Shown here one piece after another: positions 23,029-30,646 of a DNA stretch of 32,000 bases. This DNA comes from an uncultured Chloroflexia bacterium (lineage in GTDB: Bacteria; Chloroflexota; Ktedonobacteria; Ktedonobacterales; JADMIN01): NCBI GenBank assembly GCA_963718915.1, contig CAVRAI010000003.1:60001-92000 (forward strand), read 5' to 3'. The position numbers and the translations under genes are program-made. The notes under the pieces were generated by a model, which did not search any database, was not told the origin of the DNA, and saw only the letters and a program-made list of their open reading frames with translations. Positions within the stretch are counted from its first letter, which is position 1; every line of letters starts with the position of its first letter.

Positions 23029-24009
23029 ATGCAGTGGGGAACACCGCAGGGGCAGAGCGACAAAGATCGAGCGAACGGGCCCTATCAGCCATACCAGCCG
23101 TACGAGCCATACCAGCGGCCACCCGAGGATATTGATACCGCGCCAGTGATGCCCGCTATGCCTGCTATGCCATCGATGCCTGCCGCTCTAGCTGCGCCAG
23201 TCACGTCTTCAGGGCCAAAGCCTCTGCTTATAGCGCAGGATGTGGTCAAGCAGTTCAAGGTTGGTGGCGGCGGCACAGTCACCGCGCTACGGCACGTCAC
23301 GCTCACCGTTGGTGAGGGGCGTATCGTCGCCATTCGCGGACGCTCCGGCGCGGGCAAAACGACCCTGCTCAACATCATCGCTGGGCTGGATTCTCCCACC
23401 AGCGGACATGTGGCGCTCTTCGGACGCGACCTCGCCACACTCAACGAACGACGACGAACGGAACTGCGGCGGCACGATCTCGGCTTCGTCTTTCAGGCGG
23501 CCCACCTGAACCCCGTTCTGACCGCGCGCGAGAACGTCGAGGTGCCACTACGGCTGGCGCGCACCGCCCGCCGGGAACGCGAGGGCCGCTCGCACGAGGC
23601 GCTGGCGCTGGTGGGGCTGGCCGAACGTGAGAAGCACCGCCCGCCCGAGCTTTCTGGTGGCGAACAGCAGCGGGTGGCCATCGCGCGGGCGCTGGTCCAT
23701 GCGCCACGGCTTGTGCTGGCCGACGAGCCGACCGGCAACCTCGATAGCCATACCGGCCTCGCCATCCTCGACCTGATGCGCCGCGTCGCCCATCGCGCGG
23801 GCATCACCTTCATCGTCACCACACACGATCCGCAGGCGTCGCAGATGGCCGACGAGGTCTACGACATCAGCGACGGCGTGCTGTCACCAGGGCAACGAGA
23901 TCCCCCCCCTAATGCGCCGACGACTACTGATATGGCTGATCGAACCGCTCGCGCGACACCACCTCGCCAAGCGGTTTGCGTTTCTTCTTGCCCGCGCCCG
24001 CCGCTTTGA
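23029..24009 (+). CDS. ABC transporter ATP-binding protein (MacB/LolD-type ATPase) with Pro-rich repetitive N-terminal extension
   Basis: Track ORF 22975..24009; the ATG at 23029 follows GAGGAG (23013-18). Motifs: Walker A GRSGAGKTTLLN, Q-loop FVFQ, signature LSGGEQQRVAIARAL, Walker B LVLADEPTGNLD, H-loop TTHD. The N-terminus carries PYQPYQPYEPYQ and PAMPAMPSMPA. The C-terminal ~45 aa past DGVL are low complexity and overlap the convergent gene. Confidence 0.85.
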   Translation: MQWGTPQGQSDKDRANGPYQPYQPYEPYQRPPEDIDTAPVMPAMPAMPSMPAALAAPVTSSGPKPLLIAQDVVKQFKVGGGGTVTALRHVTLTVGEGRIVAIRGRSGAGKTTLLNIIAGLDSPTSGHVALFGRDLATLNERRRTELRRHDLGFVFQAAHLNPVLTARENVEVPLRLARTARREREGRSHEALALVGLAEREKHRPPELSGGEQQRVAIARALVHAPRLVLADEPTGNLDSHTGLAILDLMRRVAHRAGITFIVTTHDPQASQMADEVYDISDGVLSPGQRDPPPNAPTTTDMADRTARATPPRQAVCVSSCPRPPL

Positions 24010-24448
24010 CCGGGTAGCCGAACGGCACAATCGCCAGCACGTCGAGGTTATCGGGTATGCCCAGCAGCGGCTTGACCGCATCCAGGCCATGGAAGCCCAC
24101 CCAGTTCGAGGCGACGCCATGCGACCACGCCGTCAGCACCATCGACTGGATCGCGCGGCTGGCATCCGAAACAGCATAGGGGCTGTCTTCGATAACGACA
24201 ACGATGGCCAGCGGCGCCTGCGGGATATATGGCCCCGTTCTGGCCAACCGCCCAAGCTGCTTCAGCGTATCTTCGTGCTGTATGACGATGAAATGCCACG
24301 GCTGACCGTTGATGCTACTGGCGGTCAGATGCGCCGACTCGACGATCTCCCGCACGACATCATCGGGAATCGGCGTATCGCGGAACTGGCGCGTCGCCAG
24401 CACAGTGCGCACAGACTCGAATGTCTCCAAAGTGGCGCCTTCCTTCAC
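23924..24448 (-). CDS. Nitroreductase-family protein
   Basis: 174 aa. TRQFRDTPIPDDVVREIVESAHLTASSINGQPWHFIVI...ASRAIQSMVLTAWSHGVASNWVGF...AIVPFGYP is the typical nitroreductase fold signature. Confidence 0.8.
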   Translation of the reverse strand: MKEGATLETFESVRTVLATRQFRDTPIPDDVVREIVESAHLTASSINGQPWHFIVIQHEDTLKQLGRLARTGPYIPQAPLAIVVVIEDSPYAVSDASRAIQSMVLTAWSHGVASNWVGFHGLDAVKPLLGIPDNLDVLAIVPFGYPVKAAGAGKKKRKPLGEVVSRERFDQPYQ

Positions 24449-24462
24449 TGACAGTATCGTGA

Positions 24463-25107
24463 CTATTTCTCCAGCGAGACCGCCGTGAATCGCTGTCGGA
24501 TCGCCTGTGGCTGCTCGATCTCATCCAAGAGCGCAAAGGCGTAGTCTTCGACAGAGATATAGCTTTCGCCCTGGTCGTTGGTCAGCAGCTGGTCGCCGCC
24601 ACGCCGATACTTCCCGGTACGCCGCCCTGGTTGAATCGTCCGCGAGGGGCAGAAGAACGTCCAGGTGATCGGCGCGGTGCGGTACATCACCAGTGTCTCG
24701 GCCTGAGCGTCTGCGGTTGGCCGAGCAGCTGCGGGGAAATCGGGCGCATCCTTCAATAACTGCCCCGGCGCCACCTCAAGACTGCCCGCGCCGCCGACGA
24801 CGATCAGCCGCTGCTCGCCCGCGCGCCCAAAGGCTTCGATCAGCGCCTGGGTGGAGTCGATGTAGAAGGCGTGCGTGTCGAGACTCTTGCGCCCGCTGGT
24901 CGCGTTGACGACGACATCGGTATCGGCGATTGCTTCGAGAATGCTGGCAGGATCAAAGATATCCACCTGCGCCTCGGTCAGCCGTGGATGTGTAATCGGG
25001 CCATTCAGGTGGTGCGCCAGGGATTTCACGTCGTGCCCGCGCACCAGCGCCTCCAGCGTCACCCGCTGGCCAATCATGCCGCTCGCGCCAAAGAGACCAA
25101 TCTTCAT
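24463..25107 (-). CDS. NAD(P)H-binding NmrA/atypical-SDR-like oxidoreductase (NAD_binding_10 type)
   Basis: Track ORF 24463..25122; the preferred start is MKIGLFGASGMIGQRV (25107), giving the N-terminal Rossmann GxxGxxG. Also LIVVGGAGSL and WTFFCPS. Confidence 0.8.
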   Translation of the reverse strand: MKIGLFGASGMIGQRVTLEALVRGHDVKSLAHHLNGPITHPRLTEAQVDIFDPASILEAIADTDVVVNATSGRKSLDTHAFYIDSTQALIEAFGRAGEQRLIVVGGAGSLEVAPGQLLKDAPDFPAAARPTADAQAETLVMYRTAPITWTFFCPSRTIQPGRRTGKYRRGGDQLLTNDQGESYISVEDYAFALLDEIEQPQAIRQRFTAVSLEK

Positions 25108-25204
25108 AGCATCTGCTCTCATTCGCTCTACATACGCTAAAGTCGCTTATCCGCACAAAGCTACACAAACGGAAGCAAGCCACTCAAACAATAGCATATC
25201 CTGT

Positions 25205-25362
25205 CGAATTGTTCATGCGCATCTGGAGAGCGTGGGCGTGCGAGCAGGGGCTTACCCTTCCTCGCGCTCGGCGCAGGGATAGCGAACAGTCGCGCCCGCG
25301 CCTTCTACGCCCGCCACGGCTACCAGGAGGAAGACTTACGGCTGGCGAAGGCGCTGCGATGA
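25205..25362 (+). pseudogene. 5'-truncated, frameshifted remnant of a GNAT acetyltransferase
   Basis: ...MRIWRAWACEQGLTL (frame 0) then, after a +1 shift near 25255-25262, LALGAGIANSRARAFYARHGYQEEDLRLAKALR* (stop 25360-62). This corresponds to only the last ~50 residues of a GNAT fold (N..A..FY.+.G[YF]). Confidence 0.45.
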
Positions 25363-25516
25363 CTTTACCTCGACCTGCGACCACCTCAAAGGGAGCGAGC
25401 TATTGGAATGCTCTGATCCCTCTCTCCTGTGGGAGAGACTGCCAGGGGCCAGCTTCGATAGCGGCGTGAGGCAGTCAGACGCGCCTACGCCCCGACGAGC
25501 ATATGCGCGGATTCGC

Positions 25517-26476
25517 TCAGATAAGCATCTCCGCGGTTTGGAGGAACGGCCGGCCCAGCTCCTCGATGCCCAGTTCGAGGCAATACAGGCCGCTGGACAC
25601 CCGTTCGAGGAAGCCCCACTCCCAGATCGCGGTCCCCTCGATGCCGGTCTGAGCGCTCAGCAGCGCGCAGTACCGGCGGGCTAGCGCCGCGGCAGCTTCC
25701 GTGGTTCCCGTAGCGAGGAGCTGCTCGCACCAGTCGCGCAGCACCACCCCCAGGTCGTAGGCGGGGTCGGCGAGGAATCCGACCGGGTCCACGAAGACGA
25801 ATCCCGCCTCCGCTCCCACCCGCGGCGCGAGCACTTGCAGCGCGTTCCACGGATGGGGATCGCCGTGGACCACGACGCAGCGCTCCAAGTCGAACGCGGC
25901 CGCGCGCCGCTCGGCATACCGCAAGGCCTCGTTCACGACCCGCTCCGAACACGGATGGCCCAGGTCCTCCCACAGGCGGCTGACCATGCGGGCGAGTTGC
26001 CCTGCCTTCTCGTCGTCCGGCGTCACCACCAGACCAGCCAGGCGCGGCGCCTGCCACACCTGGCGCAGCATCTGGCATAAGAGCGCGATCTTCTGCTCTG
26101 GCAGCAAGGCGAGCGAGGCCATCGGCGGGCCAAGGGCCTCAAGGAGCATCGCCTCGCGCTCGCGGTCGTAGGCCAGCAGGCGCACATAGCCGTGCCCTTG
26201 CGCGCTGGCGAGCACGCGCAGCTCGTCGGCAAAGCCCACCTCAGGGATCGCGATCTTGAGGATGGCGTCGCCGCCCTCCGCCGTCCGCGCTCGGGCCACA
26301 TACGAGCCGGTTCCGCCCGTGAGCGCCTGACCAACCGTGATCGACCACATGCGTTCCAGGTGCGCGATCACATCTGGAAGCTCGGCAAGCCACCGCTCGC
26401 CCCGTTGCCCGAGGTGCATGACTCGCTGCCGGACTAACCCCGGCACCTGCACCAACCGCCCGTCCGCGTCATCCAT
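25517..26476 (-). CDS. Aminoglycoside/hydroxyurea-resistance-type kinase (APH(6)/StrA-like phosphotransferase)
   Basis: 319 aa. AILKIAIP, LLAYDREREAMLLEAL, VVVHGDPHPWNAL (HGDxHxxN catalytic loop), FVDPVGFLADPAYDLG. Confidence 0.72.
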   Translation of the reverse strand: MDDADGRLVQVPGLVRQRVMHLGQRGERWLAELPDVIAHLERMWSITVGQALTGGTGSYVARARTAEGGDAILKIAIPEVGFADELRVLASAQGHGYVRLLAYDREREAMLLEALGPPMASLALLPEQKIALLCQMLRQVWQAPRLAGLVVTPDDEKAGQLARMVSRLWEDLGHPCSERVVNEALRYAERRAAAFDLERCVVVHGDPHPWNALQVLAPRVGAEAGFVFVDPVGFLADPAYDLGVVLRDWCEQLLATGTTEAAAALARRYCALLSAQTGIEGTAIWEWGFLERVSSGLYCLELGIEELGRPFLQTAEMLI

Positions 26477-26580
26477 GACAGCATCATAGCGTACCCAGCG
26501 GCGCCACTGCCACTGCTAAATCGCTGCAACTTCCTCTGAGATGGTTCCAGATCTTGGCAAACGAAAGCCAAGCGCAGCGC

Positions 26581-27393
26581 TCATCCTCGCTTTGTCCCCA
26601 CCTGTAATGCCCGCAGGAAGTCTACGCCCGCCTGGACGCTCTTGTTTGCCGGGGCGGCGTCCACCGCGTTGAGCAGCGCGCTGGCGACGACCGCGCCCTC
26701 GGCCATCGCGCCAATCTCGGCGACGTGCTCCGGACGCGAGACGCCGAAGCCCACCGCCAGCGGCAGATCGCTGTGGCTGCGGACGCGGGCCAGGAACGCC
26801 GCCAGATGCTCCGGCAGGCGGTCGCGCGCGCCGGTTGTGCCGCTGAGCGAGACGCAGTAGAGGAATCCGCCGGAATCTTTGGACGCCTCGGCCACCTGGG
26901 CCAACCGCTCGTCCGGGCTGGTCGGCGTCACCAGATAAATCAGCGCGATGCCGTATTGGCTGGCAGCCGATTGCAGTGGCTCAGATTCCTCCGGCGGCAG
27001 GTCGGGGACGATCAGGCCGACGATGCCCGCCTGGGCCGCCCGCTCGCAGAAAGACGCGATGCCCGCGCTGAAGATCGGATTGTAGTAGGTCATCAGCAGC
27101 AGCGGCGTCGCGATGCGCGCGTGGATGCGTCCGGCCAGCGCCAGCGCACCCTCCGGGGTCATGCCGCCTTCGAGCGCGTGGTGGCTCGCCGCCTGAATCG
27201 TCGCGCCGTCGGCCATCGGGTCGGAGAACGGCACGCCCAGCTCCAGCAGGTCCGCGCCCGCCTCGCCCAGCGCCACCGCCAGCGCCTCACTGGTCGCGGC
27301 GTCGGGATAGCCCGCCATCACGTAGGGCAGCAGCGCGGTGCGGCCGTCCTCACGCGCGCGGGCGAACGCCGCCGTTATAGCATGTACAGACAT
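26581..27393 (-). CDS. trpA: Tryptophan synthase alpha chain
   Basis: Track ORF 26581..27411; the ATG at 27393 follows GGAAGGA. Motifs: ALLPYVMAGYPD, ADLLELGVPFSDPMADGATIQ, GIVGLIVPDLP, YCVSLSGTTG, VGFGVS. Confidence 0.92.
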   Translation of the reverse strand: MSVHAITAAFARAREDGRTALLPYVMAGYPDAATSEALAVALGEAGADLLELGVPFSDPMADGATIQAASHHALEGGMTPEGALALAGRIHARIATPLLLMTYYNPIFSAGIASFCERAAQAGIVGLIVPDLPPEESEPLQSAASQYGIALIYLVTPTSPDERLAQVAEASKDSGGFLYCVSLSGTTGARDRLPEHLAAFLARVRSHSDLPLAVGFGVSRPEHVAEIGAMAEGAVVASALLNAVDAAPANKSVQAGVDFLRALQVGTKRG

Positions 27394-27444
27394 GGTCACA
27401 TTCCTTCCCAAGCGTATTACGTCGCAGCCGACGACCCAGTGGAG

Positions 27445-28200
27445 TCAGTCTGCGTCGGCTTCCGCCGTGTCGAGGCGTGCGTGAATTTTCTCCATGGCCC
27501 TGAGCAGCGCATCCTGAAATTCATAGCGCCGCCCGTGATGTTCGCCGACGTCGGTCTCATCTTCTTCCGCTTTGCTGGCTTCATAGGCGGCCATCAGCGC
27601 CTCCAACACTCGCTCGTCTCCAAGTTCCCCCAGCGGGTGGACCGTTGAATCTTTCATCATGCGAGGGATGGCGGCATTCTGTAGTATCTCCAGCAGCGGC
27701 CCGACGGCTCGTGGATCGCCGCACTCCCCGAGCGCCAGCGTCGCATGGTACCGCATCCCCTCGGCGACGCGAGTGGAGCTATCGTTCTCCTGAATGATCT
27801 CAAACAGAAAGTCGACAATGCGTGGATCATGTGAACGCGGATAGACCATCTTTAGCCAATCGATGGCAGTATGGCGGCGCTCTGGCCGAGGATCGCGCAC
27901 TATTTCGAGCAGCACCGACACAGCAGGAGCGCCAAGTTTCGAGAGCGCGAATCCCGCGCGCAGCCATCTCCAGCGTTCATTACCAAGCGCCATCTCGCTT
28001 AGCAATGGAAGTGCTCGCTCGCCATGGTGCAGCGCCAGAGTCATCAGAACGTCAGACGCGGATCGAGCGCTTTCCTCGTCTTCCCCGCTTCTCTCGCACA
28101 AAACGCGCAACCGCGTCAAAAGCTCGGTCGTCGTCAATGGACGCCAATTCACCGATAGCTCGTCTACGCGCCTTAGATGAAGGGTCATGCAGCGCCGCAA
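27445..28200 (-). CDS. HEAT-repeat protein, C-terminal fragment (fragment F of a disrupted gene)
   Basis: Convincing from about 28100 downstream: ...LALHHGERALPLLSEMAL...LGAPAVSVLLEIVRDPRPERRHTAIDWL...HATLALGECGDPRAVGPLLEIL...PLGELGDERVLEALMAAY (PBS-lyase/HEAT-like periodicity). The stop lies 51 nt before the trpA start. Confidence 0.65.
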   Translation of the reverse strand: MRRCMTLHLRRVDELSVNWRPLTTTELLTRLRVLCERSGEDEESARSASDVLMTLALHHGERALPLLSEMALGNERWRWLRAGFALSKLGAPAVSVLLEIVRDPRPERRHTAIDWLKMVYPRSHDPRIVDFLFEIIQENDSSTRVAEGMRYHATLALGECGDPRAVGPLLEILQNAAIPRMMKDSTVHPLGELGDERVLEALMAAYEASKAEEDETDVGEHHGRRYEFQDALLRAMEKIHARLDTAEADAD

Positions 28201-28314
28201 GCAACGGTTCCACTGCTCTGGTATCCTTCAAGTAGCCCAACGCAGAATATGGCGGCGACCCGTACGTCCTCATCGTCATCGCGCCGCGCCGCAAGCAGCG
28301 GTTCGACGGTGCGC

Positions 28315-28800
28315 TCATCCTCGATCAGACCAAGCGCGCGCGCCGCATTGACTACGCTGGTATGCCGGTCGCGCCTGATCTTCCAGCGCGGCAATGAGCA
28401 GTGGGACGGCTGCGCTGCCAGGACGTGCGAGCTTGTCATATGGGTCATTCCCTAGAGGTCTGGGATCAGGTTCCTCTGCAAGAAGCAGATCGAACACGCG
28501 CAGATCACCAAGTCGCCCAAGCGACAACATAGCCATGCGGCTCACATCTTCATCGGGATCATCCAACGCGACCAATAAGCGCCTCGCGCACCTCCTCGTT
28601 ATCGAAGCTGCTACCAGCACATCCGCCGCGCCCGCGCGAATATTCTCGTCTTCCGCGTGTCGCAGTGCGTCGAGCAGCGCTGGGGCGGCTGGAGCGCCCA
28701 TCTGTCGGAGAGCAGTGCTCACATGCTGGAAGACCGACATGTCCGTAGTAGACATCGCGGCAATCAGTGGAGGAATGGCGGCCTCACCGAAGAGTCGCAA
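28315..28800 (-). CDS. HEAT-repeat protein fragment (fragment C)
   Basis: LFGEAAIPPLIAAMSTTD...ALRQMGAPAAPALLDALRHAEDENIRAGAADVL...ALDDPDEDVSRMAMLSLGRLGDLRVFDLLL...SAVPLLIAALEDQ, then junk. It has only a TTG start. Fragments D (28185..28448) and E (28052..28318) carry the next repeats in other frames. Confidence 0.55.
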   Translation of the reverse strand: MRLFGEAAIPPLIAAMSTTDMSVFQHVSTALRQMGAPAAPALLDALRHAEDENIRAGAADVLVAASITRRCARRLLVALDDPDEDVSRMAMLSLGRLGDLRVFDLLLAEEPDPRPLGNDPYDKLARPGSAAVPLLIAALEDQARPAYQRSQCGARAWSDRG

Positions 28801-29008
28801 GTCGTTGGCAGGCCGAGTTCGCCACCTCGTAGACCGGGCTGTCGAAGCATGCGATCAGCGGTTCGATGGCGCGCGGATCGCGCAATACGGCAAGTTGCCG
28901 TGCGATTATCTGCCCACGTACTTCTTCACCCTTGGCCTCACGCAGCAGTGTGAGGAGCGCCTGAAAGTCCCTCCTCGCCTTGCGAGCGTAATGCCCGCGT
29001 CGCCGCAT
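28784..29008 (-). CDS. HEAT-repeat protein fragment (fragment B)
   Basis: ...RQLAVLRDPRAIEPLIACFDSPVYEVANSACQRLA. It runs into fragment C after a +1 shift near 28790-28805. Confidence 0.5.
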   Translation of the reverse strand: MRRRGHYARKARRDFQALLTLLREAKGEEVRGQIIARQLAVLRDPRAIEPLIACFDSPVYEVANSACQRLATLR

Positions 29009-29017
29009 GAGCTATTG

Positions 29018-29320
29018 CTATTCCACGCGAGAAACCCAGGAATAATAGTTTTCGCGCCGCAGTATCGCCTCTGCCGCTGCCACGATGCGCGGGTCGCGGT
29101 ATCGCCTGAGCGCCTTGAGCGCAGCCTCAACCACGGGCCAATCAGGATCGGCCAATAGCGCAAGCAGTTGATCGAGCGCCTGCGGGTCCGCGTGTCTGCC
29201 AAGCCGCAACGGCGCCTTCGCGCGACGAAAGAGATCGGGGCTTCCCAACTCGTCGCGCGTTCGCGATTCGGCGGAGATGTCATCTCTCGAATGTGAATCC
29301 ATATCGCCTCCTGCCCTCAT
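29018..29320 (-). CDS. HEAT-repeat protein fragment (fragment A), starting 6-24 nt after the trpB stop
   Basis: ...LGRHADPQALDQLLALLADPDWPVVEAALKALRRYRDPRIVAAAEAIL. It ends in TAG CAA TAG (29020-29012), in the same frame as fragment B. AGGAGG precedes the internal ATG at 29302. Confidence 0.55.
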   Translation of the reverse strand: MRAGGDMDSHSRDDISAESRTRDELGSPDLFRRAKAPLRLGRHADPQALDQLLALLADPDWPVVEAALKALRRYRDPRIVAAAEAILRRENYYSWVSRVE

Positions 29321-29325
29321 ATCAC

Positions 29326-30564
29326 CTACAGTGTCACACCGAGCGCGTCGGCGACGGTGTTGATGTCTTTATCGCCCCGGCCAGAGAGATTGATGATTAC
29401 CGTCATCTCGGCGGTGAACGCGCCACGCTCGCCCTGCTCCAGCACCCAGGCGACGGCGTGCGCCGACTCCAGCGCGGGAATGATGCCCTCGTCCTCGCTC
29501 AGTATCTGGAACGCTCGAAGCGCGGCGGCGTCATCGGCGGCGACATAGCTGGCGCGGCCCGTCGCCTTCAGGTAGCTATGCTCCGGCCCAACGCCGGGAT
29601 AGTCTAGCCCGGCGGAGATACTGTGCGTCTCGATCACCTGCCCATGCTCATCTTGCAAGAGATAGCTCAGCGCGCCGTGGAGCACGCCCGGACGCCCGCC
29701 CACCAGCGTCGCCGCATGCGCCCCGCTGGCGATACCACGCCCGCCCGCCTCCACGCCCACCAGCCGCACCGAGGCGTCTTCCGCGAAGGGGTGGAACATG
29801 CCGATGGCGTTGCTGCCGCCGCCGACGCACGCCACCACGACATCAGGCAGCTTCCCAGCCTCAGCGAGCATCTGCGCGCGCGTCTCTTTCCCAATCACCG
29901 ACTGGAAGTCGCGGACGATGCGCGGGTAGGGATGCGGCCCGACCGCCGAGCCGATGAGATAATGGGTCGTCGCGACGTTGGTCACCCAATCGCGCAGCGC
30001 CTCGTTGATGGCGTCCTTGAGCGTGCGGCTGCCCGCGCTGACGGGACGCACCTCCGCGCCGAGCAGCTTCATGCGAAAGACGTTGAGCGACTGGCGGCGG
30101 ATGTCCTCCTCGCCCATGTAGACGACGCATTCGAGTCCCTGCCGGGCGCAGACGGTGGCCGTGGCGACGCCATGCTGGCCCGCGCCAGTCTCGGCGATGA
30201 TGCGCCGTTTGCCCATCCGCTCTGCCAGCAGCCCCTGGCCCAGCGCGTTGTTGATCTTGTGGGCGCCGGTATGCGCCAGGTCTTCACGCTTGAGATAGAC
30301 ACGCGCGCCCACCCGCTCGGATAGCCGCCGCGCGAGGTAGAGCGGCGTGGGGCGTCCGGTGTAGGTGCGCTCGAGGTCGGCGAGCGTCGCGGCGAAGTCG
30401 TCGTCGGCGCGGGCGGCATCGTACGCCTGCTCCAGTTCGGCCAGCGCGGCCATCAGGCTTTCGGGGACGAAGCGCCCGCCGAAGTCGCCGTAGCGTCCGC
30501 GCGCGTCGGGGTAGACGCCGTGGCGGTAGGTGGATGGTGATGTGTTGGTGGATGGTGTTGTCAT
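29326..30564 (-). CDS. trpB: Tryptophan synthase beta chain
   Basis: 412 aa. [30 protein letters not shown] (PLP Lys), [23 protein letters not shown] and [11 protein letters not shown] are a canonical TrpB. Confidence 0.95.
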   Translation of the reverse strand: MTTPSTNTSPSTYRHGVYPDARGRYGDFGGRFVPESLMAALAELEQAYDAARADDDFAATLADLERTYTGRPTPLYLARRLSERVGARVYLKREDLAHTGAHKINNALGQGLLAERMGKRRIIAETGAGQHGVATATVCARQGLECVVYMGEEDIRRQSLNVFRMKLLGAEVRPVSAGSRTLKDAINEALRDWVTNVATTHYLIGSAVGPHPYPRIVRDFQSVIGKETRAQMLAEAGKLPDVVVACVGGGSNAIGMFHPFAEDASVRLVGVEAGGRGIASGAHAATLVGGRPGVLHGALSYLLQDEHGQVIETHSISAGLDYPGVGPEHSYLKATGRASYVAADDAAALRAFQILSEDEGIIPALESAHAVAWVLEQGERGAFTAEMTVIINLSGRGDKDINTVADALGVTL

Positions 30565-30646
30565 GGGTTATCGCTCCTGCGCGGGCGGTTGAAACCGCGC
30601 CTGAATGGCCTGCGGCCACGAAACCCGCCTGCGCGGGTTCAAAGAA

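Noticed and set aside
26553-26572. Hairpin cttggc-aaacgaaa-gccaag just past the trpA stop as an intrinsic terminator.
   Set aside because: The stem is short and no U-tract follows on the minus strand, so it is not called as a feature.
28052-29320. Interpreting the HEAT-repeat fragments as six independent small overlapping genes, or as programmed frameshifting.
   Set aside because: Several fragments lack ATG/RBS (a TTG start for C). Repeat periodicity runs straight across the junctions and the overlaps are in junk-like tails. No slippery heptamer or stimulatory structure recurs at the junctions.
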